Below are positions 13,578 through 26,016 of a stretch of 64,000 nucleotides of DNA, in pieces; positions within the stretch are counted from its first letter, which is position 1; each line of letters begins with the position of its first letter. The DNA is taken from contig NW_027271759.1 in NCBI RefSeq assembly GCF_040938485.1, positions 310,001-374,000 on the forward strand. Reading direction: 5' to 3'. This stretch comes from Diadema antillarum (Eukaryota). The notes below the pieces were generated by a model that did no database searches, was not told where the DNA came from, and saw nothing but the letters and a program-made list of their open reading frames with translations. The position numbers and the translations under genes were made by a program.

Positions 13578-14124
13578 AATATGGTTTTCGTTTTATAGCC
13601 CCTAAACACAGATTTGTATGCCATGTCTCAAGCATTTATCGTTATTTTTATTATTATTAGGGCCTATTATTCTTTTTTTTTTTGATATGTGAAGACAGTA
13701 CTGGCATAGATGTTTAGCACATAATATGCATTTTAGGTAATACGTGAGTTCACACAGAGCTACTATCAACCCAAGGTTGGCGGTATATTAGTGCTGGTGC
13801 TGTTTTCATGTATGTAATATGATCACTTACAGCAGCACTATCACCAAACATGAAAGTACCCACTGTATGACACACAAACACACACATGCATACGAACAAG
13901 CTTCAGTGACATAGTTCAGTCCCTACCTGTAGATACTGTATAGTTTTGGCTTACCAGACAAGTTAGACACTCTCCATGCTCGTTGAAGAAAATTAAAATG
14001 GCAGCTTACATACAGGAGATACTACAAGACATAGCAAGCCCTTATGGGTTGTTCTTGTTGTTTATGTTTTGTTTATTTGGGTCTGAGTTGTTAATCATTC
14101 CAACCATCATCCGTGTTTCTCAAT

Positions 14125-14635
14125 AGCCGGGTTCACACGTACACCAATTAGCGGGATACAAATCTCGAGATTTGCATCGCGATCGTCATCCGGAGTTTTT
14201 TTGCATGTGTGGACAGAAAAACCCCGAAAATTAGCGGGATAAGCATCGCAATGCTAATCCCAAGAAATCTTGCGCTGGTTCATCAATTAGCGGGATAATT
14301 AGCCCTGCGCTGGTACGTGTGAACAGTCGGGATTAGAATCTCGAGTTTTTACATCCCATCATGCAATGCGCACATCACAACAGCGAGGCCTGTGTGAAGA
14401 GGTCCTTAACCTCTTTGGCGCACCAAAACAACAGCGTGCGAACCACACCACTGACGTGTAAAAGACAATGGGCAAACGGAAGTGTGCACAGGCAGTGATA
14501 GAGAAGGGCGCTGCGTTACCCAGTTTGCAGGCTTTGCAATTAGCGAGATAATTTGGTACGTGTGGACGCTCGCAAAAAAACTCGAGATATGGATCGCGAT
14601 CGTCATCCCGCTATTTTGTACGTGTGAACCCGGCT
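14125..14635. mobile_element. Harbinger-like MITE, 511 bp
   Basis: AAT|agccgggttcacacgtaca...tgtacgtgtgaacccggct|AAT; internal repeats of attagcgggata. Confidence 0.85.
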
Positions 14636-14775
14636 AATGTGCTAAACTGGCTGATGATAAAAAACAAAAACAATGCCTCTGACAAACAAATAAACAAATA
14701 AATAGATCAGATGTTTGCCATCTTTTTATCACATCAGTACCTGCTGATAGATATATTATATATACTTGTAGTTCA

Positions 14776-14941
14776 TAGTGATGGATCCAGAGGGGGGCAC
14801 ACCGTGCCCGTGCCCCCTCTTTATTTTTGGTCAAAACGAAAGAAATAAACATAAAAAATGGGGGGGGGGTTGCGTGCGCCCCACCCCCTTTAATTTTGCA
14901 AAGGCACCTCCCCTTTATGGAATTCCTGGATCCGCCCCTTG
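14776..14941 (+). mobile_element. Short GC-rich MITE (hAT-like CAG...CTG termini), diverged
   Basis: agtgatggatccagaggggggcac...ggaattcctggatccgcccct; homologous to 26605-26754. Confidence 0.65.
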
Positions 14942-14960
14942 TTAATGTCATTTTCATATT

Positions 14961-15054
14961 TTAGTCCATTGAGGATGGACTGATGTTAGTTTAACATGCA
15001 TTTCCCATAGACTTTTGCCTGAGTATTCTTGAGACTCATCTTCAACTGGGTAAA
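14961..15054 (-). mobile_element. piggyBac-like MITE, diverged copy
   Basis: ttagtccattgaggatggactga...tttcccatagac...gagactcatcttcaactgggtaaa aligns to the family; termini decayed. Confidence 0.7.
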
Positions 15055-15071
15055 ATATTTGAAGTATTATT

Positions 15072-15319
15072 ACAATAAGAGTTGCAAGTAGTTTGCTTTT
15101 ACATGATAAGAGTTGCAAGTAGTTTGCTTTTACATGATAAGAGTTGCAAATAGTTTGCTTTTACATGATAAGACTTGCAAATAGTTTACTTTTACATGAT
15201 TAGAGTTGCAAATAGTTTGCTTTTACATGATAAGAATTGCAAATAGTTTGCTTTTACATGATAAGAGTTGCAAATAATTTGCTTTTACATGATAAGAGTT
15301 GCAAATAATTTGCTTTTAC
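15072..15319. repeat. 31-bp minisatellite, 8 copies
   Basis: Unit atgataagagttgcaaatagtttgcttttac, head-to-tail with no spacers. Confidence 0.95.
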
Positions 15320-16754
15320 ATGTAGTATGCATTCTTTCTTCATCGACCATATGTTTTGAAAATGTATTTTTATTGTTCTAATATTTCTTCTTAATGTGCG
15401 ATTGTATTTTTATACCTCATGTATGATTCTTGCTGTCAAACTCTTTATTTACATTTACATTGGCATTTTTTCAGAACACGTATTGGTAGGAGGGTTCCTT
15501 TTTAGCATACAATACATGAAGAAATGCCACACATTTGCCAATGTCGCAAACTGGATTATCTATGAAGCATTTATGACAAACATGCATTGTACATTTTTCA
15601 TCTTCAGATGATGTGTTTTAAAAAGTTTGTTTTTTCCTAAAGTAGGTTACGTGATACTTTGCATGAATCATATGACATTATTGTATGCTTGTACCATTTT
15701 GTTCAGCTTTATGCAATATTGCACACTTACCATTCTATTTGCAGATTAAAGTAAGAAGGGAATCAATTTAATCACACATCAGAAAGTTGTTTGCACTGCA
15801 CATAATAGCCCACGAAAAGTTAATTGATGCAATGTGAAATGATGCAGATTTTGCAATATAAATGAAAGCTTTTAGCATTATTCCATATCATGCCCTGTTT
15901 TTCATAAACAGTGTTTCAAATCTGTGAATAATGATGCCTTTAGACACTAATCTGTACCAATGGTCTCCTGTGACATCACTGCAATGTCCCAGATGTAAGC
16001 TTTTCATTCCTCACATGGGGGAGGGGGTGGGCTTACCTTACACCCATACCATCAATGGTGTGCTGCAGGGAAGGCTGAAATATCACCATCCAATTCCACG
16101 CTTATCATCCTCAATTCCGTCTGGTCAACTGAAAATGGCTTCCGCGAGACTTGTTCAGAGGAGAGAAATGAATGCAGATCATGTGCAGCGATTCTTTCCT
16201 CTTGACCTCCCAAGTTTTATGTACTCCAAGACCGATGTCTTGAGTACCGGTCCTTCCCTCCCCCCTCCCCCCCCCCCCCCCCCCCCACCAGCGTAGACTT
16301 GACGTCGTGAATGTTGAAAAGGCAGCTGGTAGAAACAGCGTGGAAATGTCAGCAAACACAGTGTGCCGTGAGAGATGCTCTCACTGAAAAAAGAGAGGAA
16401 GAGGTAGGGAGGGAAAATGGTGGTGATGCCTTCCTCCCTACCCTCCAGGCCAGAAAACCAGTCAACAGGTGGTATCCAAGCAATGGGGTGCTTGATAGGG
16501 TAAGGTCATCTATATGTGTGCCTTTCAAAATACTTCTTTTTGGGGGACATACAGTACTCTGGACATGTGTAGGAAGTGCTATGTACAGTGAGAAGAAGTA
16601 TGAGTGTGCGAGAAAGCTACAATATCTGTGCAGTGTTATGAAAACTAGCTAATGCTAGCTTATGAGCAGAATTCCTGTGATGACATCTTTAAGTCTGTCA
16701 ACACTGTCAAATCTTGGCATTTATAAGTCAGCACAGGTGATTGGTGTGAAGCCA

Positions 16755-16968
16755 TACTGTAAAAGTGGATATTTTTTACGCAACTAATTTTTCGCGCTCG
16801 GCGAGGTAAGAAGTGTTTCATGTGTTTTTAATTCCACAGAACCAAGACATCAACTACTGGAACACATGGCAAGCAAAGATATTTGCGTGGTTTTATTTTC
16901 ACACTATTTTCTGGTTGTTCGAAATGCATGAAAATTTCAACACCACAAAAATTTCCATCTTTACAGTA
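16755..16968 (+). mobile_element. TA-flanked MITE family A
   Basis: TA|ctgtaaaagtggatatttt...aaaatttccatctttacag|TA. Confidence 0.8.
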
Positions 16969-17418
16969 AATTGTTTTCAGATGATACCAAGATATTTCTA
17001 ACAACAGAAGTCACTGTAAGGAGGATATCTAATGCCAGGGATTTCAAACAGTATGGTAAATGTGCACATGAGAAAAATTGCAAAAGAGAGAAGAAATTAC
17101 TATAAACATATGTAAGACTGAACAAAGGTACCATGGTGATTGTTGTCATAGTGAGGCAATGTTAGATGAAAGACTTGTCACTCATGGTGTACAGTGAAAT
17201 GGCGTCCTGTCATTTAATCCTTTGACTATACCATCTATCCTCCCCCCCCCCAAAAAAAAAAAAATACAATCTGACTTTCTGCAATAATAACTTTAAGAAT
17301 GGCGACTCAATAAATATGCAATTTCAAGGTATGAAACTATAACTTATTGTGTACATCTTACAGAAGACACTGTTCGATTTGCTTCAGTGGTCACAGAGAA
17401 ATTGGGATCTTTGTAGAG

Positions 17419-17894
17419 TACTGTATACGCTATATATTTCGCAGGGGTTTTGTTTTCGCGAATTTCGCGAGTCGGGAGCTATTTGCGAAATTAACAACAC
17501 GCGAAAATATTACCTTCCAAAATAATCCCTTGCCTTGATGATACGAACATTTCAGTACTAGAATACTAATACATGTCACGGCTTACCGAACAGACCATAC
17601 TGACTAAAGCTTGTTTACGCACGTCCACATCTACTTACGAATACTGTAGAGAGCCAATCCATTATCGCAAGGGGACCACTCGTCAGAAATCTAGCACGAT
17701 GGACTTAACCACTTCAAAAATGTTGAATTCTAACTTACTAGTTCGCAGAGTTTGCCAAGTCTTTTTCATGCAGTGTATAACTAGTATCATTCTTATATGC
17801 TATTAAGTTGAAAATTCACACTTTCTTTGCCACTTCATATTTTCTCTGGTCCCCCAATCGCGAATTTAAACACTCGCGAAAATGTGTGACAGTA
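17419..17894. mobile_element. TA-flanked MITE family B (CTGTATA termini, CGCG-rich ends)
   Basis: TA|ctgtatacgctatatatttcgcagggg...cactcgcgaaaatgtgtgacag|TA; left end matches the reverse complement of the right end of 40534-40755. Confidence 0.65.
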
Positions 17895-17917
17895 TGTCAG
17901 GAATCCCTTCCCTCATA

Positions 17918-18190
17918 AGCTGAATGCCCACTGTGCGACCTGAGCCTGCGAGCTGGTGCGAGCTGTATGGGGCGCCAAGTGTCGCATGGCCTACTACGTT
18001 ACAAAATCAGGCATTTTGTCGGCAACAAAATGTAGTCATTTTGTTATGAAATTATCATTTTGTCATGAAATGCTGTCATTTCCTTGACGAAATGACAACA
18101 TTTCATAACGAAATAGGCCATGCGACACTTGGCGCCCCATACAGCTCGCACCAGCTTGCAGGGTCAGGTCGCACAGTGGGCATTCAGCTT
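17918..18190. mobile_element. Palindromic MITE (outer, 48-bp arms) containing a nested MITE
   Basis: TA|agctgaatgcccactgtgcgacctgagcctgcgagctggtgcgagctg ... cagctcgcaccagcttgcagggtcaggtcgcacagtgggcattcagct|TA; 2 mismatches in 48 bp. Confidence 0.85.
17968..18139. mobile_element. Nested TA-flanked MITE family C (inner)
   Basis: TA|tggggcgccaagtgtcgcatggccta...taggccatgcgacacttggcgcccca|TA; perfect 26-bp TIR. Confidence 0.85.
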
Positions 18191-18199
18191 AAGTTTTGA

Positions 18200-18408
18200 C
18201 CATTGTGCTTACACCTTTGCAAAATGCTGAGGGCATCCAAGTGCCAAACTTGAAAGAGTGGACCCATGTCATGCTTTGCAATGATTAACATTTCTCTCTG
18301 ACCTCTTAACCAAATTGAACAGGGTCTTCTGCAAGATACCTGTAAGAAGTTATAGTATCATACCCTGAAATAGCATTCAGATTGTTTAAATCATTTTGAA
18401 GGATATTA
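18200..18408 (-). mobile_element. Possible decayed LINE (CR1/L2-type) reverse-transcriptase fragment
   Basis: Minus-strand translation NILQNDLNNL...ITSYRYLA resembles the LQ.DL..L and Y.YLG motifs downstream of the RT catalytic motif; interrupted by stops and by a gap. Confidence 0.4.
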
Positions 18409-18544
18409 NNNNNNNNNNNNNNNNNNNNNNNNNNNNNNNNNNNNNNNNNNNNNNNNNNNNNNNNNNNNNNNNNNNNNNNNNNNNNNNNNNNNNNNNNNNN
18501 NNNNNNNNNNNNNNNNNNNNNNNNNNNNNNNNNNNNNNNNNNNN
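18409..18544. other. Assembly gap
   Basis: Run of N. Confidence 1.
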
Positions 18545-19141
18545 TTGTCGGCCTTGCACAATGTCTATGGAAATAGTACATTCTGGCAGGGAATGTTGAG
18601 TGCAGTGTATGGCCGTAGAAGTGATTCTCCTGGAGAACAGGAAGGTATGTTTCTACCCGTGATGAGGACACTTTCACTGGTGGCTGGAGAGCTCTTTTGC
18701 GTCCGATACCCGCTGATGTTCTTCCTCTCTGGGGAAGCCCTGATGCGCCAAGCTGCCGGCCTCGCGATGTAATGACGCTTTTGCGTGTGACGGCTTGATT
18801 GTTCTCAGTATACGCCATGGCCATATCACTTAGTGTGGGGGGGGGGGGGTATCAGCGGGAATAAGTGGTCTAATTGCAAATCACTAAAATGCATGGTGGG
18901 TAATTACATGGCTCTTGAAGGACTGCTATGGATTGTAGGGACATTAAAGGCACTTAATTGATGATTTCCTTGAAGCTCATAACTAATTGCGATTTTGGAA
19001 AAAAAAATTATTCCAGGAATCGATTGGTTAAACGATACATTCACTAGTAGTTGGATGAAAGAAATGACAATGCCAACCTTCACCATTTCAAGAATTACTC
19101 TCCCTAATAGAAACCTGCATTATTAAATGTATGATAGCACA

Positions 19142-19358
19142 TACTGGAAAAGTGGATATTTTCATGTGAGTAATTTTTCAGGCTCAGCTAGGTAAGACGA
19201 ATTTTGCATGTGTTTAATTCTGCGGAATCAGGACAGTAATTACTGGAACATATATGTGGCATGCAAAAATATTTATGTGCTTTCATTTTTGCTTTAACTT
19301 CTGGTTGCACGAAATACAAGAAAAATTTCCACACTGCAAAAATTCCCTCTTTTACGGA
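19142..19358 (+). mobile_element. TA-flanked MITE family A, diverged
   Basis: tactggaaaagtggatattttc...aaaaattccctcttttacgga co-linear with 16755-16968. Confidence 0.7.
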
Positions 19359-20779
19359 AGGTCATTGACAAGGTAAAACAAACAGCTGCCGTAGCCTACG
19401 ATACCCGTGGATATTTCATGATCTATTCATGTAATTATTCATCTCTTTTAGGAGACTTTCCCCCCATGAGAGCTCCATCTCTTTGAGATAAGTGGGATTT
19501 CCCCCTTCTCTTTTACTGTTGCATCTGGCACCCATTAAAATATCCACGTAATTGCACACTCTGTGTGCTAAAAATCCCTCACCAGTACTGAAATACAAAA
19601 TGTCAATTACTTAGGAGGCAACCAATATCATAAATCAGCCAACAGATTTTATTGTTCTTTTCCTCTAGCTTTTTCTGTTCCTATCAAGGAGGAAGACAGC
19701 TTAAAAGCAAAAAAAAAAAAAAAAAATTGTGCGCACTCCTACTCTGGATTTATTACAGCTGTTGCCATAGAAGCAGTTACATGACCCAGAAGAAAGAAAA
19801 AAATGAGTTGAGATGTTGAAGCTACAAAATGACAACTTAAAGGAAAAAAGTTTGAAGCCTGCTTTAATACTTGAATGGGAGGTTTGCTGTGGTGTAACTG
19901 CAAAGCTCTGCTGGTTTTGTTGAGATTGATTCTAGAGATGTACAGATTATTCGATCCACGTTCAGAGAGAGAGAGAAAGGAAGCAAACACATCACATGAT
20001 ACATATTGTATCACAATCTGTAAGCTGAAGGTGGCTAATAATAGATGAGGTCCAACTGTAAAGCTGTCCTGCTGCATGATATTTGACAAGCCTTGCATAT
20101 CATGCAATTTGAACCCAACCATCTCTAGTGTTTTTTGTGTCTTTTTTGTCTTGTTTTATTACAGAATCAAACATTCATCAAATACAAGTGCATGTTATTA
20201 AAAAAAATATGCAGTAAAAAAATGACTTGTAAACTATCAATGTGCCAATAATTCTTATTTCTGGTTTTCCATGTGGTATGGTTTTGATAAAAGAAAAAAA
20301 AATACATTCATGAATAGAAAATGCCAAAAAATAAAAAAAAGGACAATGACTAATACAACATTCATGGCATCTGGGTACAAAACTGATGACCATTTGGCAT
20401 AATAATGCCGAACAAAAGTGGAAAGAAAACTCACTCGAAACTGGCTGTATCACCATTATGTAGAAGCAGCTCTGTGCTTGAATGATTTTATTATCATGAA
20501 TTGTTATCATGATTGTATTATTAGATATTGTTGTAGGCAGAGGTAGACAAAGATCACTTTGATCAGGACTTGATGGCTTTGATTGCAATGCCGGTCACTT
20601 TGGTAGCCCCAGCTCTGGTCAGCTGTCTCATTGGATGCAGTGTCATGTTGGGTTTTCATAACACGTGGCAAAGTGTTTGATGATGTCATGAAGTGTTAAG
20701 ATGATCAGTGCAGCTACCATATCGTTCGCACAATATGCGTCACTCTCCGCGGGAACGTGGGTTCATACAGGGCATGTTC

Positions 20780-20872
20780 TTAATCCATTGAGGACGAGTC
20801 CCGAGTATACTCAGGCAAGTGTCTTTGGGAAATGCATGTTGTATCAAAATCAGCCCATCCTCAAAGGGTTAA
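20780..20872 (+). mobile_element. piggyBac-like MITE
   Basis: TTAA|tccattgaggacgagtcccgagtatactcaggc...catcctcaaaggg|TTAA. Confidence 0.85.
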
Positions 20873-22796
20873 CTGAAAGGGCTTTCTTCAAGTTAAAGAA
20901 AAATTTAATTTCATGATACGAAGGGCTCGAGTTTTGTGCTTCAAAAAACAACTGATTAGTTTTTCCTCCCATGACAATATATGCAGCCACCTAGCCAAGA
21001 TCTTTTTTTTTAAATATTTGTAGTTTAAGACTGTGAAGATTTTTTTGAAGGGAAATTTTGTTCAAATAATTATTTGGAATTGTAAATGCTAAAGAACAAT
21101 AAGAGATGTGTAGTCTTGCTTCTGTGGAGGTTAAGTAAAGCTGTAATCATATGTTGCAGTTCTTGATGGTCTAACTATAAATATAATGAACTCACTGTCA
21201 AAGGTCATAAAAATTAATTTTCTTTCTATGGTGGTTGCAACTATTGGTGTTAGTGGGTTAGTCTGCATTATAGAAATTTGTGAAAAGGGAAGTCAGCAAA
21301 AGAAATTATGATGCAAGAGGGTGTAGCCTGATGACTGAATTGGTTAACCTCCCTAGCTAATCAGCCCATTTCATCAGACTTTGCTTGTTTATGGACAGAC
21401 TCGGGGGAAAAGGAGATGTGTTTGGGTGGGCGATGTGTCGTCTGTGTCAGCGTGGCATGCATGCCGCGTGCCAAACGAGATGCAATAGATACGCGCACTT
21501 CGTAGCCCAGATTTAAATGGGCCAACGCCTGACGCCATGTGCAAAAGAGACGGACATGTTAATGTGTACACGTACAGGTACGAGGCAAAGCGATGTGCAC
21601 TTCCAGCTGTAGCCTTGGGCACCATTTTGTCTCTTTGTCTCCCCCCCCCCCTCCCCCCGTGGGGGGGCTAATGGGTAGAGGAAAGAATGAGAGGGGCAAT
21701 GAGTATAGGGGGTGGGTGTGGAAGAGAAAGGGGAGGGCTAGAGATCAAGGAGGATTCACACAGGTTCTTGCAGCTCTAATGACCCCCCAGACGTTGGATG
21801 GTTCCGTTCGTGAGAGGCATACTCTTTGTGTCGGCTGTGAGAGAGGGAGTCGTCATCATAGAATGTGGCATGCACTGCTACTTAAGATGTTAACATAGTC
21901 AGAAGGACTGGCTGTATCAAAGCACGAGGTAGTGCAGTGCCATTGTAGCGTGAGAATGAATAGAGAAGAGAAGAGAAGAGGGAGAGAAGAAGAAAAGTAG
22001 AAGAAAAATGAGGGAGGATGAAGGGAGAAAGAGGGAAGGAAAAAGTTGGACGGAGAGTTTGGAAGAGTAAATATTGTTTGACATCCATATTTCTTCATTG
22101 ATGTACAAATGTGTCATTTCATTTCTTCAATTAAGTTACTATCAAGGATTGTTCAGAATCTGCATGTAGATATTGAGGGAAATCTGCAATAATCAACATA
22201 TCGATAATAATACAGCACTTCTTCTGATGTCCTTTACTTCTATAACAGAATAAATTGCACCAAAGATACACATAATTCAAAAAGATAAACTGTTATTCTT
22301 TAATTGTCAAGCAAAGACACTACTGATAAACATAGATCAGAGATTATATCTTTGTATATGCTTTTTTCAGCATAGTTGATCCATGAGTAAAAACAAACAA
22401 CAAACAAACTTGACAACATTATGATATATCCTCTGTCATCGTGTAAACTAAGATAACAAATCCTCGCAAGTGGCAAGACAAAAAAAAAATCTGATACTGA
22501 TTACAATTTGATGGTGCTTTCCAATATATCATCGATTAAGAGTCATTAGCCTAAAAGCACTGTCTGAAGGTTATTATTTTTCTAATCTGATGCTCTCGAG
22601 ACAGCTTTGATCATCACCGAAAAAGGACCAATAAACTATAAATCATGTACGACGATTGCCACTAAAACCTCTTCTACAATGAAGAAATGTGTATGACCTC
22701 TTATCCTCTTTAATCATACCGTTATCATGCCGTTGTTTGCCACAAGTAGCTCTTTCTCTTCACCGCCTTCTCTCAATACCTTTGTGTGTGTATACA

Positions 22797-22984
22797 TGTA
22801 AATATATAAATATATAAATATATAGATATATAAATATATAAATATATAAATATAAATGTATAGATATCTATTAAATACATAGATAAAATAAATAATTACA
22901 TAACTAGGTATAAAATTATATACATATAAATAGATGCATGGATATATGAATATATAAATATATATGAATATATGAATATATATC
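22797..22984. repeat. AT-rich low-complexity tract (ATATAAAT-like units)
   Basis: Direct reading. Confidence 0.85.
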
Positions 22985-24103
22985 TTCTCTTTGAATACAC
23001 TGAAGTTAGCTAGATAGGGTTACTGGGCCTCTAAAATAAATGAACTTGAGTTTTTTCCTGATACACTATCCTCTAGTAAGGCATATGAGGAGTGGTGCTC
23101 CCATGTGGCAGAAAAACAGAGAGAACAGATAAGGAGGAGAAGGAGGAGGAGGAGGAGAAGAAGGAAGAAAAGACAAAGAAAGGGAAAAGAAGAGGAAGAA
23201 GTAGGAAGAGGAGGAGAGAGAAGAGGAGAGAAGATGAGCTGATTCCCCACCCTGTCAGGTGGAACTGATCCTGCTCAGGAGATATGTCGGGCAAGCTGAG
23301 ACTCTTACATGTATGATCTCAAACCTGACGGGGAAAGCGTCAAACTCTTTCTAAATCTTTGGCTCTGGAATATGATTCCCTCAACAAATGCGTACTACAT
23401 GGCACATCTAGTTTTCGAAGACAATGGGTTAAGGGGAGAGTCAGTGTAGATGTGAATTCTCACATCCAAATGGACCCCATGGAAGACCAGCTGGTGCAGA
23501 TGTATGTGGGCCTTCCAGCCATCTTGTCAGATGGAAATATGAAACAAACAAACAAACAAATGTTACTTTAACACAATAATTCCTCTAGTGAGTTGTATTA
23601 GCATTGTAATTAAATTAATGAATAATTTTCTTGTAATATTTTCATGATATATAATTCACTTAGAGTAGAATTGTAATTAAGTTGCATATTTTTATTCTTA
23701 TCATTCCATGATACATAATTCAATAAGACTTGGGAAAAGACCAATGTGATTCTATACTTAGGAGAACTTTGGAGAACTTCCTGTGATTTCTATAGATATC
23801 TATAGAAGTCCTTGCTATATAATGTAAGCCTCAGAGACTGACATAAGATGGGGGTATATTTGTGAATAACCGAATTTCTTGAAATGTGCAATATATGTAC
23901 AGGAGCTTCATTTTCATAGCAAAAAGATTAATCAAATTATAAATAAGTTCTTTCATGTGATACTACTTTCCATTTCATTTTGGAATTTTTGATCCTGTAA
24001 AATGGTTTCTGATCAAAAGAGTAAGAACTGTACCAATACCAGCACGTCAGACCAGTGTAATCACAGTTCACTCTTGGTTTTTGTGGTCAGATTTGTACGC
24101 ATC

Positions 24104-24201
24104 TTAACCCCTTTAAGGACAAGTCCCAAGTACTAGTATTCGGGCAGGTGTCTGTGGAAAATGCATGTTGTAGCAAAATCAGCCCGTCCTCAACTGGTTA
24201 A
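24104..24201 (+). mobile_element. piggyBac-like MITE
   Basis: TTAA|cccctttaaggacaagtcccaag...cgtcctcaactgg|TTAA. Confidence 0.8.
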
Positions 24202-26003
24202 TAAATATTAAAACAATCAGTTGGTCTTTGACTTTATATCTCATCTTTTAAAATCACATGAAAGACTTTGCTCAAATGCACTCGGATAAACAGGGCGGTT
24301 TCCCCTGACATTTGACTTTGTGATGTTTGCTGTGGTGTAAGGTTTAGCAGGCAAGTTCGACCAGGAGGTTGCATTTCTGTGCTATGTTATCAATGTACTG
24401 TTGAAGCGAGCTTTTTTCTTTCCCCCTGAAGATCAGGCGCTTTTGCATGAAGAAATTGTTCCACCTCCATCCTTCTGATTTGATTCTTGTGTAACATGAG
24501 ATTGATTTCTTGTTCTTTCGTGACGGCAGCTCAAGTTTAAAACCAATATGCTGAATGGGTGTAGAAATTCTGCCCAGCTAAGTGAAGATTGGATTGAGCC
24601 TTGACCAGTCTGTGGGCGGGAGGCGAGATTGCCCGTCCACCTCCCTTTGAGTGTGGTGAAAAGTAACACCGATGGCATGTTGGCGTCGGCCAAACGACAG
24701 CCACATCTTGACTCGTGGCTGTATGAGCATGCTCATTATGTTTCGCCCCATGTGTGATACTTGCATATATCTCACCCCCTAGGCAAGTTTTATGTTGTTG
24801 TTTTTTTTTTTCTTCTGCCAGTCTTAGAATGGGGGGGGGGGGGAGGGGGTGGGGCGGGGTTACAAAGAAGGGAGATCCTCTTTCCCTGGTGATGCTGTGG
24901 CTTCATGCACCTTGGGGGAAATTATCTCAGGAACCTGAGGCCATGAGCCACCACAGCATCAGAGATCAAACCACACGAGGAACTTTTTCAGTTGATTGCT
25001 GAGACATTTTCTAGAAACGCTACATGGCAGATTCTAGCAACCTATATTGATATATATATTTTTTTTTTTGTTTTGAATCCGAATTTTAGGTTTTTGCCAC
25101 ATCAAATTAGATTTTACTATGGAATGCTGTTGTTATGCATTTGCATGCCGATTATTCAACTCCAGCCATTTCTCATGGTGTGGGTTATGAATGTGTATGT
25201 GTGTGTGTTTGTATTTTTCTGTGTGTTTATTGTAATAGAGATGGAAAATTAAAACTACAACTTCTACTACTTCTACTTCTTTGCCTGTATTTTATATCCT
25301 GATTGTGATCTTACTGCATACATATGTGACCAGACTATTTTCAATATCTTGTTTTGTGATATTAAAGTAGAAAAATGTCTAATGTGATAAAGTGGTAGTG
25401 ATATGTGACTGTGTGCATAATGTTCCATGAACCAATTAGTGCATTTACATTCGCACCCAGCAACGATGTAAATGAGCTGCCAGCAATCTTTGGGGGATTT
25501 ATGGGCAAACGCATTGCCAGGCATCACGGCTGTGAAATATCGCCAGACCAGAGATAAATTTATAAACAAGGCAACCCCGCTGCATATTGTGAGATGCTTT
25601 TAGAGGGAGAGAGAGGGAGAGCGCTGCCTCTTCTACTCCATTCCCTATCCTCATTGCCCCCACCCCACCCATTACCATCACTGTCCCATGGGAAAAATAT
25701 CCTCCTCCCCCCCCCCCCCATTCATTCACAGCTCTAGTGTTGACTAATGGAGCTCTGCCTCAGTGGAGACAAGATCACGATTTACCTTTCTCTAACGCCG
25801 TGCCCTTCACCTTCACAGCGGTGAGAGCATACGAGGGGAGCCGGGGCGACCTCATTAAAATTTGCCGGCCATTATGGCTATATTTGCTCAATTTCCCCGC
25901 CAACGTGCGAGCAAATAGTGCCCGCTCAGTGTTGTATTTCACGACAGAGCGCCCCAAATAGCAGCTCCTCCGGTTTCAATTGAGGGCTGCGGAGGGCTGT
26001 GTT

Positions 26004-26016
26004 TGACCTTTGACCT
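26004..26016 (-). promoter_or_regulatory. Perfect nuclear-receptor DR1 (AGGTCA-A-AGGTCA)
   Basis: TGACCT-T-TGACCT on the + strand, inside a CpG-rich non-repeat patch. Confidence 0.5.

Noticed and set aside
15072-15319. 31-bp repeats as a CRISPR array
   Set aside because: Units are directly head-to-tail with no unique spacers, the context is eukaryotic, and there are no cas genes.
18306-18824. 172-aa ORF as a gene
   Set aside because: It is open partly because it spans an N-gap. Only the short post-gap stretch resembles RT, and it is listed as a low-confidence LINE remnant.
23248-23334. Small inverted repeat cctgtcaggt / acctgacggg as a MITE
   Set aside because: Only ~10 bp, with no clear TSD and no second copy in the window.
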